From: an uncultured Solirubrobacterales bacterium
GTDB lineage: Bacteria; Actinomycetota; Thermoleophilia; Solirubrobacterales; Solirubrobacteraceae
Length of the DNA: 64,000 nt
Direction: 5' to 3'
Assembly: GCA_963731445.1 (NCBI GenBank)
Contig: CAVSVJ010000002.1
Span: 232,395-296,394, forward strand
The position numbers were made by a program, and so were the translations under genes. Below, piece after piece: positions 49,723 through 60,319 of this stretch (within the stretch, counting starts at the first letter, position 1; each line of letters begins with the position of its first letter). The notes beneath the pieces were generated by a model. The model searched no databases. It was not told where the DNA came from and saw only the letters and a program-made list of their open reading frames with translations.

Positions 49723-52700
49723 CTACTTCCTCTTCTTCTTGGCGTGCTTCCCGGCTTTCTTCTTGGCCTTCTTCTTCACCTTCGGGCAGCCGGTGACCTG
49801 GATCTTGGTGCTCTGCTTGATCTGTGCCCCGTTCTGCCCGGTCATGGCGGTGGGCATCACGAGCTTCTGCCCGCAGAAGCTGCCCTTGGCCTTGGCGGGG
49901 AGGTTGGCGCTGAGGGCGTGGTGTGGCCCCTGCGGCAAGTTCAGCTCGAACGTGCTGATGGGTACGTCGGGAATGCTGTTGAAGGCGCTTGAGGTGACCT
50001 GCCCCTTGATGTTGATGCTCCCGATCTGGTCCACCGTGACGCCTTCGCCCTGGAGCACCATGACGATGTCAGGGAACGCCGCACCACCATGCGACACCAG
50101 ATAGACCGGCCCGGTGACGGAGTTGGAGAGGATCGGCGTGGTCGCGGTGGCAATCCCGATGTTCGACCCTGCCGGGCAGGAGGCGGGGTTCGCGTTGAAC
50201 ACAGCGGCAAGGCAAGCCTGCTGGATCGTGGGTAGCCACGACGGCAGCTGCTTCGGCAGGGTGACGGCGACCTTCCCGAGGTTCGCCTGCCCCGGACCGC
50301 TGGTGAGCTTGACGTCGAGGCTCGCGCCGTTCTTCTTGGTCGAGGTGGCCTTGGTGGACACCTTGAACGATGGTTTGAACGGCAGGATCGCACAGTTCGC
50401 GGCCTGGAAACGGTCCGATACGTTCGCCGTTGCGCCCTGGGTGCTCGTGACTGTCCCGTCGACGCTCATCGGTTCGCAGCTGGTGGGGTTGAAGATGAAC
50501 CCCGCACGATCCACGAGAACATTGACCGTGCGCACGTACAGCGGGACGCCGCCCACGATCGACGGGAACGGGTCGCTGACAACCGTGATCTGCGCCGTAT
50601 GCGGATCGACCAGAACCCGGGCACGGACGACGACGGTACCCAAGTCGAACGGGCCCGCGACGGCGCGCACCACGATCGCGAGGCCGAACGGGGCGCCCTG
50701 ATAGGGGCCCGTCAGATACACGTTTCCGCCGATGTAGAACGGATCAGGTCCCGCGCCCGCACCTGTCGTGATGTGCCCGATCAGGCTCCCCGCGCCACAC
50801 GCCCCCTGGGACGCCTGTGGTTCGAGGCACTGCACGACGCCCTTCAGGACACCCAGCAGCCCCGGGGGCATCCTCAACGTCAAGCCACTCAGCGTCTGCT
50901 GAGCATCCGTGCGCGACAGCGTCATCGTGAACGGGCTGAAAGCACCAGCCTGCGGGTTCACCGTACCCGCAGTGAACAGCGGGGAGAACCCTTCGACACC
51001 CGGGCAATCCACCATGAACGTCGAGGAGAGGTTCCTGACTGCGCCGCTCCATCCCGTCATCTGCGCCGTCAGCGTCTGCGGACCACACACAGGAGGTGCG
51101 ATCAACGGCGCGCGGGGGCCGCTCTTGAAATGGAAGTGGAAGTCGCTGAACGGCTGCTGCGGGAGATCATCGAACGTCGTCGTCAGCCGCCCGGTACTCG
51201 GATCCACACTGATCTGTCCCGGCAGCTTGATATCGATTCCCCGCGCGTCACTGCGCAGCTCGACCGCCAGCCGGTACATCTCGCCCGAAGCGGGATCGCT
51301 GGAGTTCTGGGAGCGCACGAACACCGATCCTTCCAGGGTTTCTTCAAGCAGCGGCGTCTTCACCGATACCGTCCCGATCTTCGAGGAATCGGGACACGAC
51401 GACGGTTGCACCGAACCCAACCCAAGCTCACTGTCGGTGCACACACCCAGACCGCCCACCGAAGACGGGTTGATCGTCATGCCCGCCGGGAGCGTCACGA
51501 CCGCCTTGCGCAGATCGGACTCCGCCAACCCTTCAGGGCCCGCATTCTGCGGCAGCGAGACATCCACATCCAACCCCGACGGAGAACCCGGTGTTGTACT
51601 CGACGGGACCACCGAGAAACCCGGATCGAACGGCACGACCTCACAACCAGACACCCCCGGCGCCGTGAACGCGGATTCCGCGAACACATCCTGGTGCTCA
51701 TAGCTGTTGGAGCTCGCCATGAACGCCAACGGCGTCCCCGGACACGAGGTCGGCATCCGCAGGAACGCCCTGCGCGCCCCAGCCGTGGGACACGCCAGTC
51801 CGCTGGGGCCGCGGTCGATACCCGATTCGATGCACGTATCCCGGTACAGATCATGGCTGGGATCGGCGGGAACACCCCACACCGTGATATCCGCCGCCGT
51901 CGCCGGCAGCGTCGTCGACGTGTCACTGCTGACGATATAGACGGTCCCGTCCGCCCGAACATGCGCCTCCAACGTCACGATCGTATTCGCAAAGTTGAAC
52001 GCGAACTCCGCCGCGACACCCACAGGCGGAACCATGTTATACAACCCGACAAAACCCGACAACCCGCCTTGGCTCCCAAACAGCTCGAGTCGCGCGAACC
52101 CGATCTGGCTGTCCGGCGGACAGCCCGGTGTCAACCCGTAGCCGAAGGGGTTGCGTTCCGCGAGCTGCGCCGCGGTGCACTTCGCCGCCGCCGAGGGGTT
52201 GCCGAGCAGACCCGGCGGTAGCTGCACCGCGACATCCTTGAAATGCTCAACCGAAGACACCTGGGGTTCGCCGAATAGCGGCGAGGCGAACGTCCTGAAG
52301 TGCAGCCGGGTCGTAAACTCCACCGGGTCCGATGCAGCCTGCGACGCCGGCAAACCGTCCGCGCCCAACAAGTCCGCCGCCGTTTCATCGAAACCGAACG
52401 GAGCCGCAGACCCCACCCTCATCGACTGTTCGGCACTCACGGGGGCGGCCCCTCCCCCGGAGACCACAATCGAGTTCGTCAGCGTACCCGCAGCTTCAGG
52501 AGACACCGTGGGCTTCAACGCCAAGGTGAGCTGGGTACCCGGCGGCAGGCTGCCCTGGACCGTGCACGTAACCGTCGACCCAGCACTCTGACAAGCTGGC
52601 AGCGGGTATGCGAAATAGAGCTGACCTGAGAAAAACCTGCTGGACTGCACGCTTCCCGCGCTTGGCAAGGTGAGTCCCGGGCCGACCGTGTCCGAGACCG

Positions 52701-52917
52701 TGAACGAGCCACTGGTAGCCGTATCGCCCACGTTCTGGATGGCCATCGAGATCACAGCCGCTTCACCCGCCGGCACCGAATCGGGCTTCTGCGTGAACAA
52801 CTTGAACACCGGGCCCGCCGCGTAGCTCGGCGCGACCCCCACGAGCGCAAGGGCGCACGCCGCTACCAGCATCGTGAACACCCGGCGTGTCTGTGTGAGG
52901 CTGCTCTGCATGATCAT
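49723..52917 (-). CDS. Large secreted protein 'B2' (paralog of 1279..4503)
   Basis: Signal peptide, four Cys repeat modules, Lys-rich tail; ATGA-coupled to A2. Confidence 0.87.
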   Translation of the reverse strand: MIMQSSLTQTRRVFTMLVAACALALVGVAPSYAAGPVFKLFTQKPDSVPAGEAAVISMAIQNVGDTATSGSFTVSDTVGPGLTLPSAGSVQSSRFFSGQLYFAYPLPACQSAGSTVTCTVQGSLPPGTQLTLALKPTVSPEAAGTLTNSIVVSGGGAAPVSAEQSMRVGSAAPFGFDETAADLLGADGLPASQAASDPVEFTTRLHFRTFASPLFGEPQVSSVEHFKDVAVQLPPGLLGNPSAAAKCTAAQLAERNPFGYGLTPGCPPDSQIGFARLELFGSQGGLSGFVGLYNMVPPVGVAAEFAFNFANTIVTLEAHVRADGTVYIVSSDTSTTLPATAADITVWGVPADPSHDLYRDTCIESGIDRGPSGLACPTAGARRAFLRMPTSCPGTPLAFMASSNSYEHQDVFAESAFTAPGVSGCEVVPFDPGFSVVPSSTTPGSPSGLDVDVSLPQNAGPEGLAESDLRKAVVTLPAGMTINPSSVGGLGVCTDSELGLGSVQPSSCPDSSKIGTVSVKTPLLEETLEGSVFVRSQNSSDPASGEMYRLAVELRSDARGIDIKLPGQISVDPSTGRLTTTFDDLPQQPFSDFHFHFKSGPRAPLIAPPVCGPQTLTAQMTGWSGAVRNLSSTFMVDCPGVEGFSPLFTAGTVNPQAGAFSPFTMTLSRTDAQQTLSGLTLRMPPGLLGVLKGVVQCLEPQASQGACGAGSLIGHITTGAGAGPDPFYIGGNVYLTGPYQGAPFGLAIVVRAVAGPFDLGTVVVRARVLVDPHTAQITVVSDPFPSIVGGVPLYVRTVNVLVDRAGFIFNPTSCEPMSVDGTVTSTQGATANVSDRFQAANCAILPFKPSFKVSTKATSTKKNGASLDVKLTSGPGQANLGKVAVTLPKQLPSWLPTIQQACLAAVFNANPASCPAGSNIGIATATTPILSNSVTGPVYLVSHGGAAFPDIVMVLQGEGVTVDQIGSINIKGQVTSSAFNSIPDVPISTFELNLPQGPHHALSANLPAKAKGSFCGQKLVMPTAMTGQNGAQIKQSTKIQVTGCPKVKKKAKKKAGKHAKKKRK

Positions 52918-55900
52918 CTCCCCCCTGCAACTCGATGGAACGTATGCTTACCGGCCCTCTTCGCCTTCTTGTGCCTGTGCTTCTTTGGCTTCTTCTTGGC
53001 GTGCCTCCTCGGCTTGCTCTTCGCCTTCACCTTCACCGCCGGCCCAGCGACGGTGTTCCCCGGGCCGCTGTAGCGCGACGGTTCGGTGAGCCCCGGCGCC
53101 GCCCCCGGCGCACCCTGGCACGCATCCCCGTCACACACCGCACCACGCGACGGTTCGGCCAGTCCGCCGTCGACCCGCGCGTCATACAAGTCGACCAGCG
53201 AGTCGGTGTCCGCAGCCACCAGCGACTGGCGCGTTAACAGGAACACGTCGCTGCCGTTCGCGCTCGCGCCCGCGAACCACGTACCCGCATCGCCCGTACC
53301 CGACGAGACCAGCGCCACCCTTCCGGTATCCGCGTCGTACTCATACACGTCATACAGGCCGTTCGTGTCCTGCGGAACAAGCGCATCGCCCGTGGCGAAA
53401 AACACAAACCGGCCGTCCTGGGAAAGGAAGCGCGGACGGAACGGTATACCCACTCCGCTGCCGTTGATTGGTGGGTTCGGTGCTACCTGCGCCCCGGACG
53501 TCACAACCGCGCCGCTCGACGGGCACGAGACACAGGTGAGCGCTTCGCTCGCCTCATCATACAAATACATCGCCTCCCACGGTTCGCCTCCATGCCTAGG
53601 ATTGGAGCCGGTGTCCTGGCTCGTCAACCGCCTGTCACCCAGGAACGCGATACGCCGGCCATCCACGGAGACCCGAGCAAGCCCAGGCAACACCACGCCC
53701 TCTTCTGCTGAGGCGACAGTACGCACACTCCCGCTGTCCCACAGATACACACCTGCGGTGGGAAACCCAGGCGCTGGATTCGAGAAGAAATAGATGCGCT
53801 TGCCGTCTTCGCTCATCCCATACACGTCTTCATCTTGGTGCACTCCATTCAACCCCAAGGGAGGATTCACACGGGCGATGAACGTAAGGTTCGGTTCCGC
53901 TTCGGGATTGGGGCTGTCGGTATACAGATACAACCCCGCTCCGCCTCCACCGGGATCGGAATTCAGCAGCCGGTCGGTGCTCGTAAACAACACCCTGCGC
54001 CCATCCCGCGACGCGGCCTGAAACACCACCCCCTGCGGTTCGGGATTCGGGCTCGACGCCTCTGAGCGCGACACCCACACCGTTTCCGACTCATTGCGGC
54101 GCATATACAACTGCGGCGCCGAGGATCCATCCACCGGCGAGACGAACAATACCCGCGACCCATCGCCAGAGACAGTTTCCGCATTCCTGACCCCACCCAG
54201 AGTCTGTAGTTCTTCACCACTAGATCCCTGAGACTGAAATTCCCTAAATTCAGATGGTGCGGCAGAGCCTCCCGCAGGAACCGAACCATCGGGGAGAATA
54301 CCCGCAAGACGCAACGTCCCGTGATCCCACGCATACAGCTTGCTGTTACTCCCCGTCGCCTGCGCCAACATATTCGCTCCCGTCGCAAAGCTGACGACAC
54401 CCAGATCGCTCGAGAAACCCCTGACGCTCCCCGCGACGTCCAACGGGCCGACTGGTTCAGGACCCAGGGGCGTCGTGACCGCCTGCAATTGCCCCGTCGC
54501 CGTGTCCTCACGGTAGCTGTTGAGACCCCCGGGTACCCCGCCGCTCGCACCCTGCAGATCCGTGCCCTCCACTAGAGCGTGGTCCAGTTCATCGCCCACC
54601 GCAAAGATGTCCGTGCCTCCCACGAACAGCTGGTTCGCGTTGAGCGCCGGCGTCGGCGTCACCCCCCTTGCGGACCACCCATCCACCCCACGCGAAGCGA
54701 CATACTGCGAAACACCGAATACACCAGAGCCCTGCGCACCCGCGAACCCTGCGTGCGCCGCGAACAACACCCGGTCACCACCCGCAGACGCAGCCGTCGA
54801 CAACGACAGCAACTGAACATCGCTGCCGTTCTTATCCAACGGCGAGACCATCTCATACGCACGACAATCCGGCAGGTTCGCCGAGAAACCCGTACGGAAC
54901 TGGGCATTGGCACACGTATCGGCCACCGACGTCGCAGGCGCCGAAAACGTGGTGAACACCCTGTCCGGACCATCGGTCGTGCCGTAAGCGTTGCTCGCCA
55001 CCACACGATAGTGATAGGCGGTGGCTGCCTGCAAACCGGTGAGATGCTGCATGACCGGCACGTATTCCGTGCCCGCACCGATATCAGCATCCGGGACCGG
55101 GACGCTTGTCCCGTAGCCCGTGGTTGACCCGTACTCGAAGCGGTAAATGGTATCGGCACCAACAGGGTTGACCGCTGACCTGAGCGTCGCGCTCGTGACT
55201 GTCACGCCTTCCGAGTACTCACTGACCGTTTCCGTCGTGCCAGGGGCCAGCCCCAGGATCGGTGGGCTCGGCGTCAAGAATTCACGATCTTCCCCAACAG
55301 TCGTCCCGTTCGCGTTGGCAGCGACCACCCGGTAGTGGTAGGCGGTGTTCGCCGCAAGCCCGGTCAAGCTCGCCGAGACCGGCACCGATTCGCTGCTTGC
55401 CCCCGGTTCCGGAGAACACGCCACGCTATGCCCATAGGACGTGTCCGTCCCGTATTCAAACTCGCACGAGGTGAGCACCACACCCTCCGGGTTCACAGAC
55501 CCCGCGACCGTCGCGCCGCTCACCGTCACACCCGACGCGCCTTCCGTCACAGCGTCCGGCAGCAACAGAAACCGGAACACCTCAACCCGGTTCGCCGCCG
55601 CATCCGCCACATACACATCCGTGCTCGACTGGTTCTCCGCGACCCCACTCCCCGCGCCCAACACTTCCGAGCCGAACTGCCCCAACGATGCCCCCGCGCT
55701 GGTGTACTGCGCCACATGCTGCCCGTCGTTCACGAACACATCCCCACTGTTCTGATCCACCGCGACCGAAGACGCGAACCCCCCATCGAGCTGCCCCAGA
55801 TCAGTCCCATCCCCCTGAAAACGCTCCACACACCCACACCCCGTCACCGCATACACCTGGTCGCCGGCGTCGACCGCCAACCCCGGGCTCACACCCAACC

Positions 55901-56474
55901 CCATGCTCCAACTCTTCACGAACACATTCCCCGCAGTGTCATCGAACTCATCCACCTCACCCGAGGCCTGATACACCCACACGTTCCCTTCAGGGTCAAC
56001 AGCCACCCCGTCGACACCCGCGAACACACCACCCGGCGTTTCGACGACCTGCCCCAGATACGCCCCAGCCGAGGAGAACTTGTCCACCACACCGTTCCCC
56101 ACATCCACCACATACACATCCCCCGCCGAGGGATCCAGGACGTTCGTGGAGTTATCCACCGCGACCCCGTTGGCACCCGAGAAGGACCCCGCCGGGGTAC
56201 CCGACCCGTCGAACTGCGACACAAACGTCCCACTCGAATCGAACTTCTCCACCCGCGCGTTGCCCTGATCCACCACGTACACATCCCCGTTGGACTGGTC
56301 GATCGCGACACCCGCAGGAGCAGAGAACTGGCCATCCCCCGAACCTTCAGAGCCGAATTGGCTCACCGGTACGTAGCGCAACGAAGCGAGCGCCGCACCG
56401 GAGAACACCAGACCCCCTACCAGTACACCCAGCACCACAAACACGGACACCAGCCCACGCAAACGCGAACGCAT
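52914..56474 (-). CDS. Large secreted protein 'A2': NHL propeller, two FN3-like domains, second propeller, basic tail
   Basis: FGSEGSGDGQFSAPAGVAID NHL repeat, two VNP.G...FEYG domains, LPDCRAYEMVSP; ATG at 56474 after GGAGGGGTTGGGTTTG. Confidence 0.87.
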   Translation of the reverse strand: MRSRLRGLVSVFVVLGVLVGGLVFSGAALASLRYVPVSQFGSEGSGDGQFSAPAGVAIDQSNGDVYVVDQGNARVEKFDSSGTFVSQFDGSGTPAGSFSGANGVAVDNSTNVLDPSAGDVYVVDVGNGVVDKFSSAGAYLGQVVETPGGVFAGVDGVAVDPEGNVWVYQASGEVDEFDDTAGNVFVKSWSMGLGVSPGLAVDAGDQVYAVTGCGCVERFQGDGTDLGQLDGGFASSVAVDQNSGDVFVNDGQHVAQYTSAGASLGQFGSEVLGAGSGVAENQSSTDVYVADAAANRVEVFRFLLLPDAVTEGASGVTVSGATVAGSVNPEGVVLTSCEFEYGTDTSYGHSVACSPEPGASSESVPVSASLTGLAANTAYHYRVVAANANGTTVGEDREFLTPSPPILGLAPGTTETVSEYSEGVTVTSATLRSAVNPVGADTIYRFEYGSTTGYGTSVPVPDADIGAGTEYVPVMQHLTGLQAATAYHYRVVASNAYGTTDGPDRVFTTFSAPATSVADTCANAQFRTGFSANLPDCRAYEMVSPLDKNGSDVQLLSLSTAASAGGDRVLFAAHAGFAGAQGSGVFGVSQYVASRGVDGWSARGVTPTPALNANQLFVGGTDIFAVGDELDHALVEGTDLQGASGGVPGGLNSYREDTATGQLQAVTTPLGPEPVGPLDVAGSVRGFSSDLGVVSFATGANMLAQATGSNSKLYAWDHGTLRLAGILPDGSVPAGGSAAPSEFREFQSQGSSGEELQTLGGVRNAETVSGDGSRVLFVSPVDGSSAPQLYMRRNESETVWVSRSEASSPNPEPQGVVFQAASRDGRRVLFTSTDRLLNSDPGGGGAGLYLYTDSPNPEAEPNLTFIARVNPPLGLNGVHQDEDVYGMSEDGKRIYFFSNPAPGFPTAGVYLWDSGSVRTVASAEEGVVLPGLARVSVDGRRIAFLGDRRLTSQDTGSNPRHGGEPWEAMYLYDEASEALTCVSCPSSGAVVTSGAQVAPNPPINGSGVGIPFRPRFLSQDGRFVFFATGDALVPQDTNGLYDVYEYDADTGRVALVSSGTGDAGTWFAGASANGSDVFLLTRQSLVAADTDSLVDLYDARVDGGLAEPSRGAVCDGDACQGAPGAAPGLTEPSRYSGPGNTVAGPAVKVKAKSKPRRHAKKKPKKHRHKKAKRAGKHTFHRVAGGR

Positions 56475-56501
56475 CAAACCCAACCCCTCCCACAGAGAAC
56501 G

Positions 56502-56526
56502 AAAGAAAGCCCGCGGGAAGGCGGGC
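56502..56526 (-). terminator. Intrinsic terminator inside the leader, just upstream of the A2 RBS
   Basis: Minus strand GCCCGC-CTTCCC-GCGGGC followed by TTTCTTT. Confidence 0.65.
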
Positions 56527-56579
56527 AGCAGAAAACCACCCTGCACACACGGCGCAGGGCGGAAACGAAGCGACGAGGC

Positions 56580-56678
56580 CTAGAAGCTAGGCTGCCCGGC
56601 CAAGAGAGAGAGAGAGAGAGAGAGAGATGCCTCAGCGATGCTGAAGCATCTAGGAAGACCCCCAACCGGGGCCGCAAC
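56580..56678 (-). promoter_or_regulatory. Conserved structured leader element, copy 2
   Basis: Hairpins at 56657-56673 and 56625-56651, the SSR, and TAGCTTCTAG at 56589-56580. Confidence 0.75.
56603..56626. repeat. (AG)12 / (CT)12 microsatellite
   Basis: Counted directly. Confidence 0.95.
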
Positions 56679-56841
56679 ACGATCTGGCCGCGAAGCGCGG
56701 CTGAAAAGAAGATCACTCATCTCAAACCCTCGTAAAGCGATCGAAATCCCTCTCCAACATCCCTGCGGTCCCATGGAACCCGCACCAGCGGGAGGACCCT
56801 GACCCGACCTATCATCGCCAGACGGATGCCTGACATGAACA

Positions 56842-56871
56842 AGCCTATACCAACCCCGATGCAAAAGTCAA
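56842..56871 (-). promoter_or_regulatory. Probable promoter of cassette 2
   Basis: TTGACT (56871-56866), 18-nt spacer, TAGGCT (56847-56842). Confidence 0.5.
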
Positions 56872-56927
56872 CCCCAAAAGGGACAGCGATGTAAAGCTGG
56901 GGTCAAGCCTGGGGGAGCGGGCGGCGA

Positions 56928-56969
56928 CCCGGCGCCTCACACGCAACCCCCGGCGCCTCACACGCAACC
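56928..56969. repeat. 21-bp direct tandem duplication
   Basis: cccggcgcctcacacgcaacc twice. Confidence 0.8.
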
Positions 56970-56979
56970 GCCCTGCGCG

Positions 56980-58134
56980 TCACCCCGCGGCGCAGGCGCT
57001 TGTGCTGACAGGCCCTCGGGCTTCGCCGAGGACGCGGGCGACGGTGGCGTTGGCGACGCCGTAGCCGCCGGGAGGGCCACCGCCGGTGGTACCTGCGAAG
57101 ACCGTCGTCAGCACGGCGCCAGCCGAGTCCACGAGCGGCCCGCCGGAGTTGCCGGGGCGCACCACCCCGCGCAGGGGGGTGAGCAGGCGCGAGACGGGCC
57201 CGGCGCCGTAGGCGTCTTGGGTGAGGACTTTCTGGGTGTCGCCGATGCGGGCGGCACGCGCGTCGAAGGGGCCGTTCTCGGGGTAGCCGAGGATGGCGCC
57301 GGGTCGCCCGGAGGGCGGGTCGCCGACGAGCGCAAGCGAGGGCAGGCCGAGTTCGGGGACGCGCAACAAAGCGATGTCGTCAGTGGGGTCGAAGGCGATG
57401 GCCTGGGCAGGCAGGCTGGGCGGGCGCCCATCGATCTCAACGGTGGTGTCCTGCTCGCCGGCGATGACGTGGGCGTTGGTTAGCACCTCGTCGGGCGCGG
57501 CGACCCAGCCGGAGCCCTCGATGGCGAGGCCGCAGGCGGTGCCCAATACGCGCACGACGCTCCTTGAAGCCGAGCGCACGCCGGGGGAGCGGGCGATGGC
57601 GGGAAGGGGCGGGGCAACGTCGGGGGAGGGACCGGCGATGGAAGGCAGCGGATCGAGGCGGGCGAGGGCGCCGAGGATGGGCCCGGAGGGCGGGAGCACT
57701 TCGTTGAGGTCGCGCAGGATGGAGGAGCGCTCCACGTCGGCGCGCAGCTGGGACTGCCCGGGCGCCTGGACGGCGACGGCGGCGATGATCCAGACGATGG
57801 CGAGGCCGATGGCGGCGCTGAGGAGCGCGCCGAGAGCACCATCCACCACGCTCAAGCCGGGAAGAACGAGCGAGCGGCGCAGCCGCCAGCCGACTCCCTC
57901 GAGGCCGCCCGCGAGGATGGCGCCGGCGACGAGCGCCCCTACGAGGGCGAAGGCGGGGGCGTAGGGCGAGGCTTTGCCCTGGCCGAGCAAAAGAGGACCG
58001 AGGCGAGTTCCGAGGAATGCACCTAGGGCGAAGCCAGCCACGGAGAGCGCCCCGACGATGAAGCCGCGCCGGAAACCGAAGAGGGCCATGAAGGCCACGA
58101 ATGCGACGATGATCCAATCGAGTCGCGTCATCAC
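56980..58134 (-). CDS. MarP-family membrane serine protease (CvpA domain plus trypsin domain)
   Basis: N-terminal TM helices; TNAHV, DIALL, GNSGGP. Confidence 0.9.
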   Translation of the reverse strand: MMTRLDWIIVAFVAFMALFGFRRGFIVGALSVAGFALGAFLGTRLGPLLLGQGKASPYAPAFALVGALVAGAILAGGLEGVGWRLRRSLVLPGLSVVDGALGALLSAAIGLAIVWIIAAVAVQAPGQSQLRADVERSSILRDLNEVLPPSGPILGALARLDPLPSIAGPSPDVAPPLPAIARSPGVRSASRSVVRVLGTACGLAIEGSGWVAAPDEVLTNAHVIAGEQDTTVEIDGRPPSLPAQAIAFDPTDDIALLRVPELGLPSLALVGDPPSGRPGAILGYPENGPFDARAARIGDTQKVLTQDAYGAGPVSRLLTPLRGVVRPGNSGGPLVDSAGAVLTTVFAGTTGGGPPGGYGVANATVARVLGEARGPVSTSACAAG

Positions 58135-58168
58135 CCATGTTCTATCGCGACGCTGAGATGAGAAGGGG

Positions 58169-59980
58169 ATGAGCTCGTCAGGCTATGAGCTGCGCAGAAG
58201 GCGCGAGCGCCTGAACCGCATGCGCGCGATCGCGGCGTTGGCGGCGGTGGCGTTCGTGACAGGAATAGTGGTGGGCGCGGCCCACACCTCCTCCCCCAGC
58301 TCGCACAAGCTGGCGGCGCGCTTCGTGGCGGCGTGGGCGCGCGGGAAGTACGCGGAGATGTATGAAGAGATCGACGCGATCTCGCGGCGCGAGGTGTCGA
58401 GGAGCGACTTCGTGAGGGAGTACGAAGCGGCTGCGATGACGGCGACGCTAGAGGGCGCGAAGGCGGTGGGCAGCCCGCAAAACGCGCGCGGCCTTGAAAA
58501 CCTGGCGGCGGTGGCAGGGCAGACGGCGGCGGTGACGGTGCCGGTGCGCGTACGGACGCGGCTGTTCGGGACGCTGGCGCTGAAGTACACGCTGCCGATG
58601 CGGGGCGACGGCGAAGGCACGCGGGTGGCGTGGTCGCGGTCGCTGCTGTTTCCGGGGGTGCGAAGGGGCGAGGAACTGAGGCGCCGCACGCAGCTGCCGG
58701 AGCGGGCGGCGCTGTTGGCGCGCGACGGCTCGACGCTGGCGAGCGGGTCGGCGAGCGCACCGGGGCAGCGCGAATCGCCGCTGGGGGCGGCGGCGGAGGG
58801 GGTGATCGGCGAAGTGGGCGCGATCCCGAGTACGCGGGCGGCGGGACTGGCGCGGGAAGGGGTACCGAATGATGCGCTGGTGGGCGTGAGCGGGCTGGAG
58901 CGGGCGCTGGATGATCGGCTGAGGGGCACGCCGGGGGGCGAGCTGCTGGCGGGGGAGCGGGTGCTGGCGAGCGTGGCGCCGAGAGCGGCGGCGGCGGTGC
59001 GCACGACGATCTCGCCGGCGTTGCAGCGGGCGGCGGCGAGCGCGCTGGGCGGGCAGTACGGCGGGGTGGTGGCGCTGGAGCCGCGGACGGGGGCGATACT
59101 GGCGGTGGCGGGGATTGGGATGGACGATTTGCAGCCGCCGGGGTCGACGTTCAAGATGGTGACGGTGACGGCGGCGCTGGAAGCGGGGCTGACGCACACC
59201 GGGACGGTGTACCCGTACGCGACGTACGCGACGCTCGATGGCGTGAAGCTGAGCAATGCGAATGGCGAGGACTGCGGGGGCACGCTGGCGCTGGCGTTTG
59301 CGGTGAGTTGCAACTCGGTGTTTGCGCCGCTGGGCGTGAGGGTGGGCGCGGCGCGGCTGGTGGCGATGGCTGAACGCTTTGGCTTCAACCACGAAGCGGG
59401 CGTGGCGGGGGCGCTCGAAAGCACCCTCCCGGCAGCCCCGAAGATCGAGGGCGAACTGGACGTGGGCTCGACGGCGATAGGCCAGGGAGAGGTGCAGGCG
59501 AGCGCGCTGCAGATGGCGGTGGTGGCGGCAACGATCGCGGACGGCGGCCGACGCCCTGAGCCGACGTTCACCCCGAATGCACAGAGACGCGCGATAAGGG
59601 TCACCACCCCCGCGGTGGCGCATACGGTGCGGCGGCTGATGATTGGGGTGGTGCGCGAAGGCACGGGCACGAGCGCGGCGATCCCGGGCGTGACCGTCGC
59701 CGGCAAGACGGGCACGGCAGAATTAGGCATGCCAAGCAGCTGCAAGAGCACGGAAACGAACAAGGAAGGCGGCACGAGCGAAGCGAGCGAAGGCGAAGCG
59801 GGCGAATGCGCGCCGAATGACCCGCACAACACGGATGCATGGTTCGCGGCGTTCGCGCCGGCGCTGCACCCGCGGATCGTGGTGGGCGTGCTGCTGCCGC
59901 GCGATGGCGCAGGCGGCGACACGGCGGCGCCGGTGGCTAGACAGGTCCTTGAGGCCGGTCTACAGACCAAGAGCGGCTGA
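58169..59980 (+). CDS. Penicillin-binding transpeptidase (class B / PbpA-like)
   Basis: STFK, SCN and KTG motifs; N-terminal TM anchor. Confidence 0.9.
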   Translation: MSSSGYELRRRRERLNRMRAIAALAAVAFVTGIVVGAAHTSSPSSHKLAARFVAAWARGKYAEMYEEIDAISRREVSRSDFVREYEAAAMTATLEGAKAVGSPQNARGLENLAAVAGQTAAVTVPVRVRTRLFGTLALKYTLPMRGDGEGTRVAWSRSLLFPGVRRGEELRRRTQLPERAALLARDGSTLASGSASAPGQRESPLGAAAEGVIGEVGAIPSTRAAGLAREGVPNDALVGVSGLERALDDRLRGTPGGELLAGERVLASVAPRAAAAVRTTISPALQRAAASALGGQYGGVVALEPRTGAILAVAGIGMDDLQPPGSTFKMVTVTAALEAGLTHTGTVYPYATYATLDGVKLSNANGEDCGGTLALAFAVSCNSVFAPLGVRVGAARLVAMAERFGFNHEAGVAGALESTLPAAPKIEGELDVGSTAIGQGEVQASALQMAVVAATIADGGRRPEPTFTPNAQRRAIRVTTPAVAHTVRRLMIGVVREGTGTSAAIPGVTVAGKTGTAELGMPSSCKSTETNKEGGTSEASEGEAGECAPNDPHNTDAWFAAFAPALHPRIVVGVLLPRDGAGGDTAAPVARQVLEAGLQTKSG

Positions 59981-60113
59981 TGGCAAGCCGGGTTAAGGAG
60001 GAGGGGTGGGGGCCGCGCGCTGCACGACGCCGGCGGCTACTCGATACATAGGCCATGTACGTCTAGCGGCGGGCCGCGCCCCCCGCAATGCCGGCCGCGA
60101 CCGACGTCGAACT

Positions 60114-60210
60114 CGGAGGGCCGGTCCTTTTTTCAAAACTTGTTAGCGATGGTATCTACATCGTATATACCATTACTAACAAAAACAAAAAACACCCCCC
60201 TCCCCCCGCC
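60114..60210. repeat. AT-rich fold-back element, copy 1 (between convergent genes)
   Basis: GGAGGG..T-run..TTGTTAGcgATGGTATcTAC-atc-GTAtATACCATtaCTAACAA..A-run..CCCTCC. Confidence 0.55.
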
Positions 60211-60319
60211 TCTTTTAACTCCACCTCTCTCTGCCAGCCCTACCGGTCCATCCCTCCAACCACCCGCCACCGCCCGTCCCATTCGCGCCTCGGACTTCGG
60301 GGCGATGTGAGCGGCGATC

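Larger units (their letters stand above)
56474..56716 (-). other. Candidate leader ORF (80 aa) running through the SSR and ending at TGATG on the A2 start
   Basis: In the ORF track; contains SLSLSLSWPG...VVFCCP...GRGWV*. The homologous post-SSR frame is open in copy 1 (8182-7979). Confidence 0.45.
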
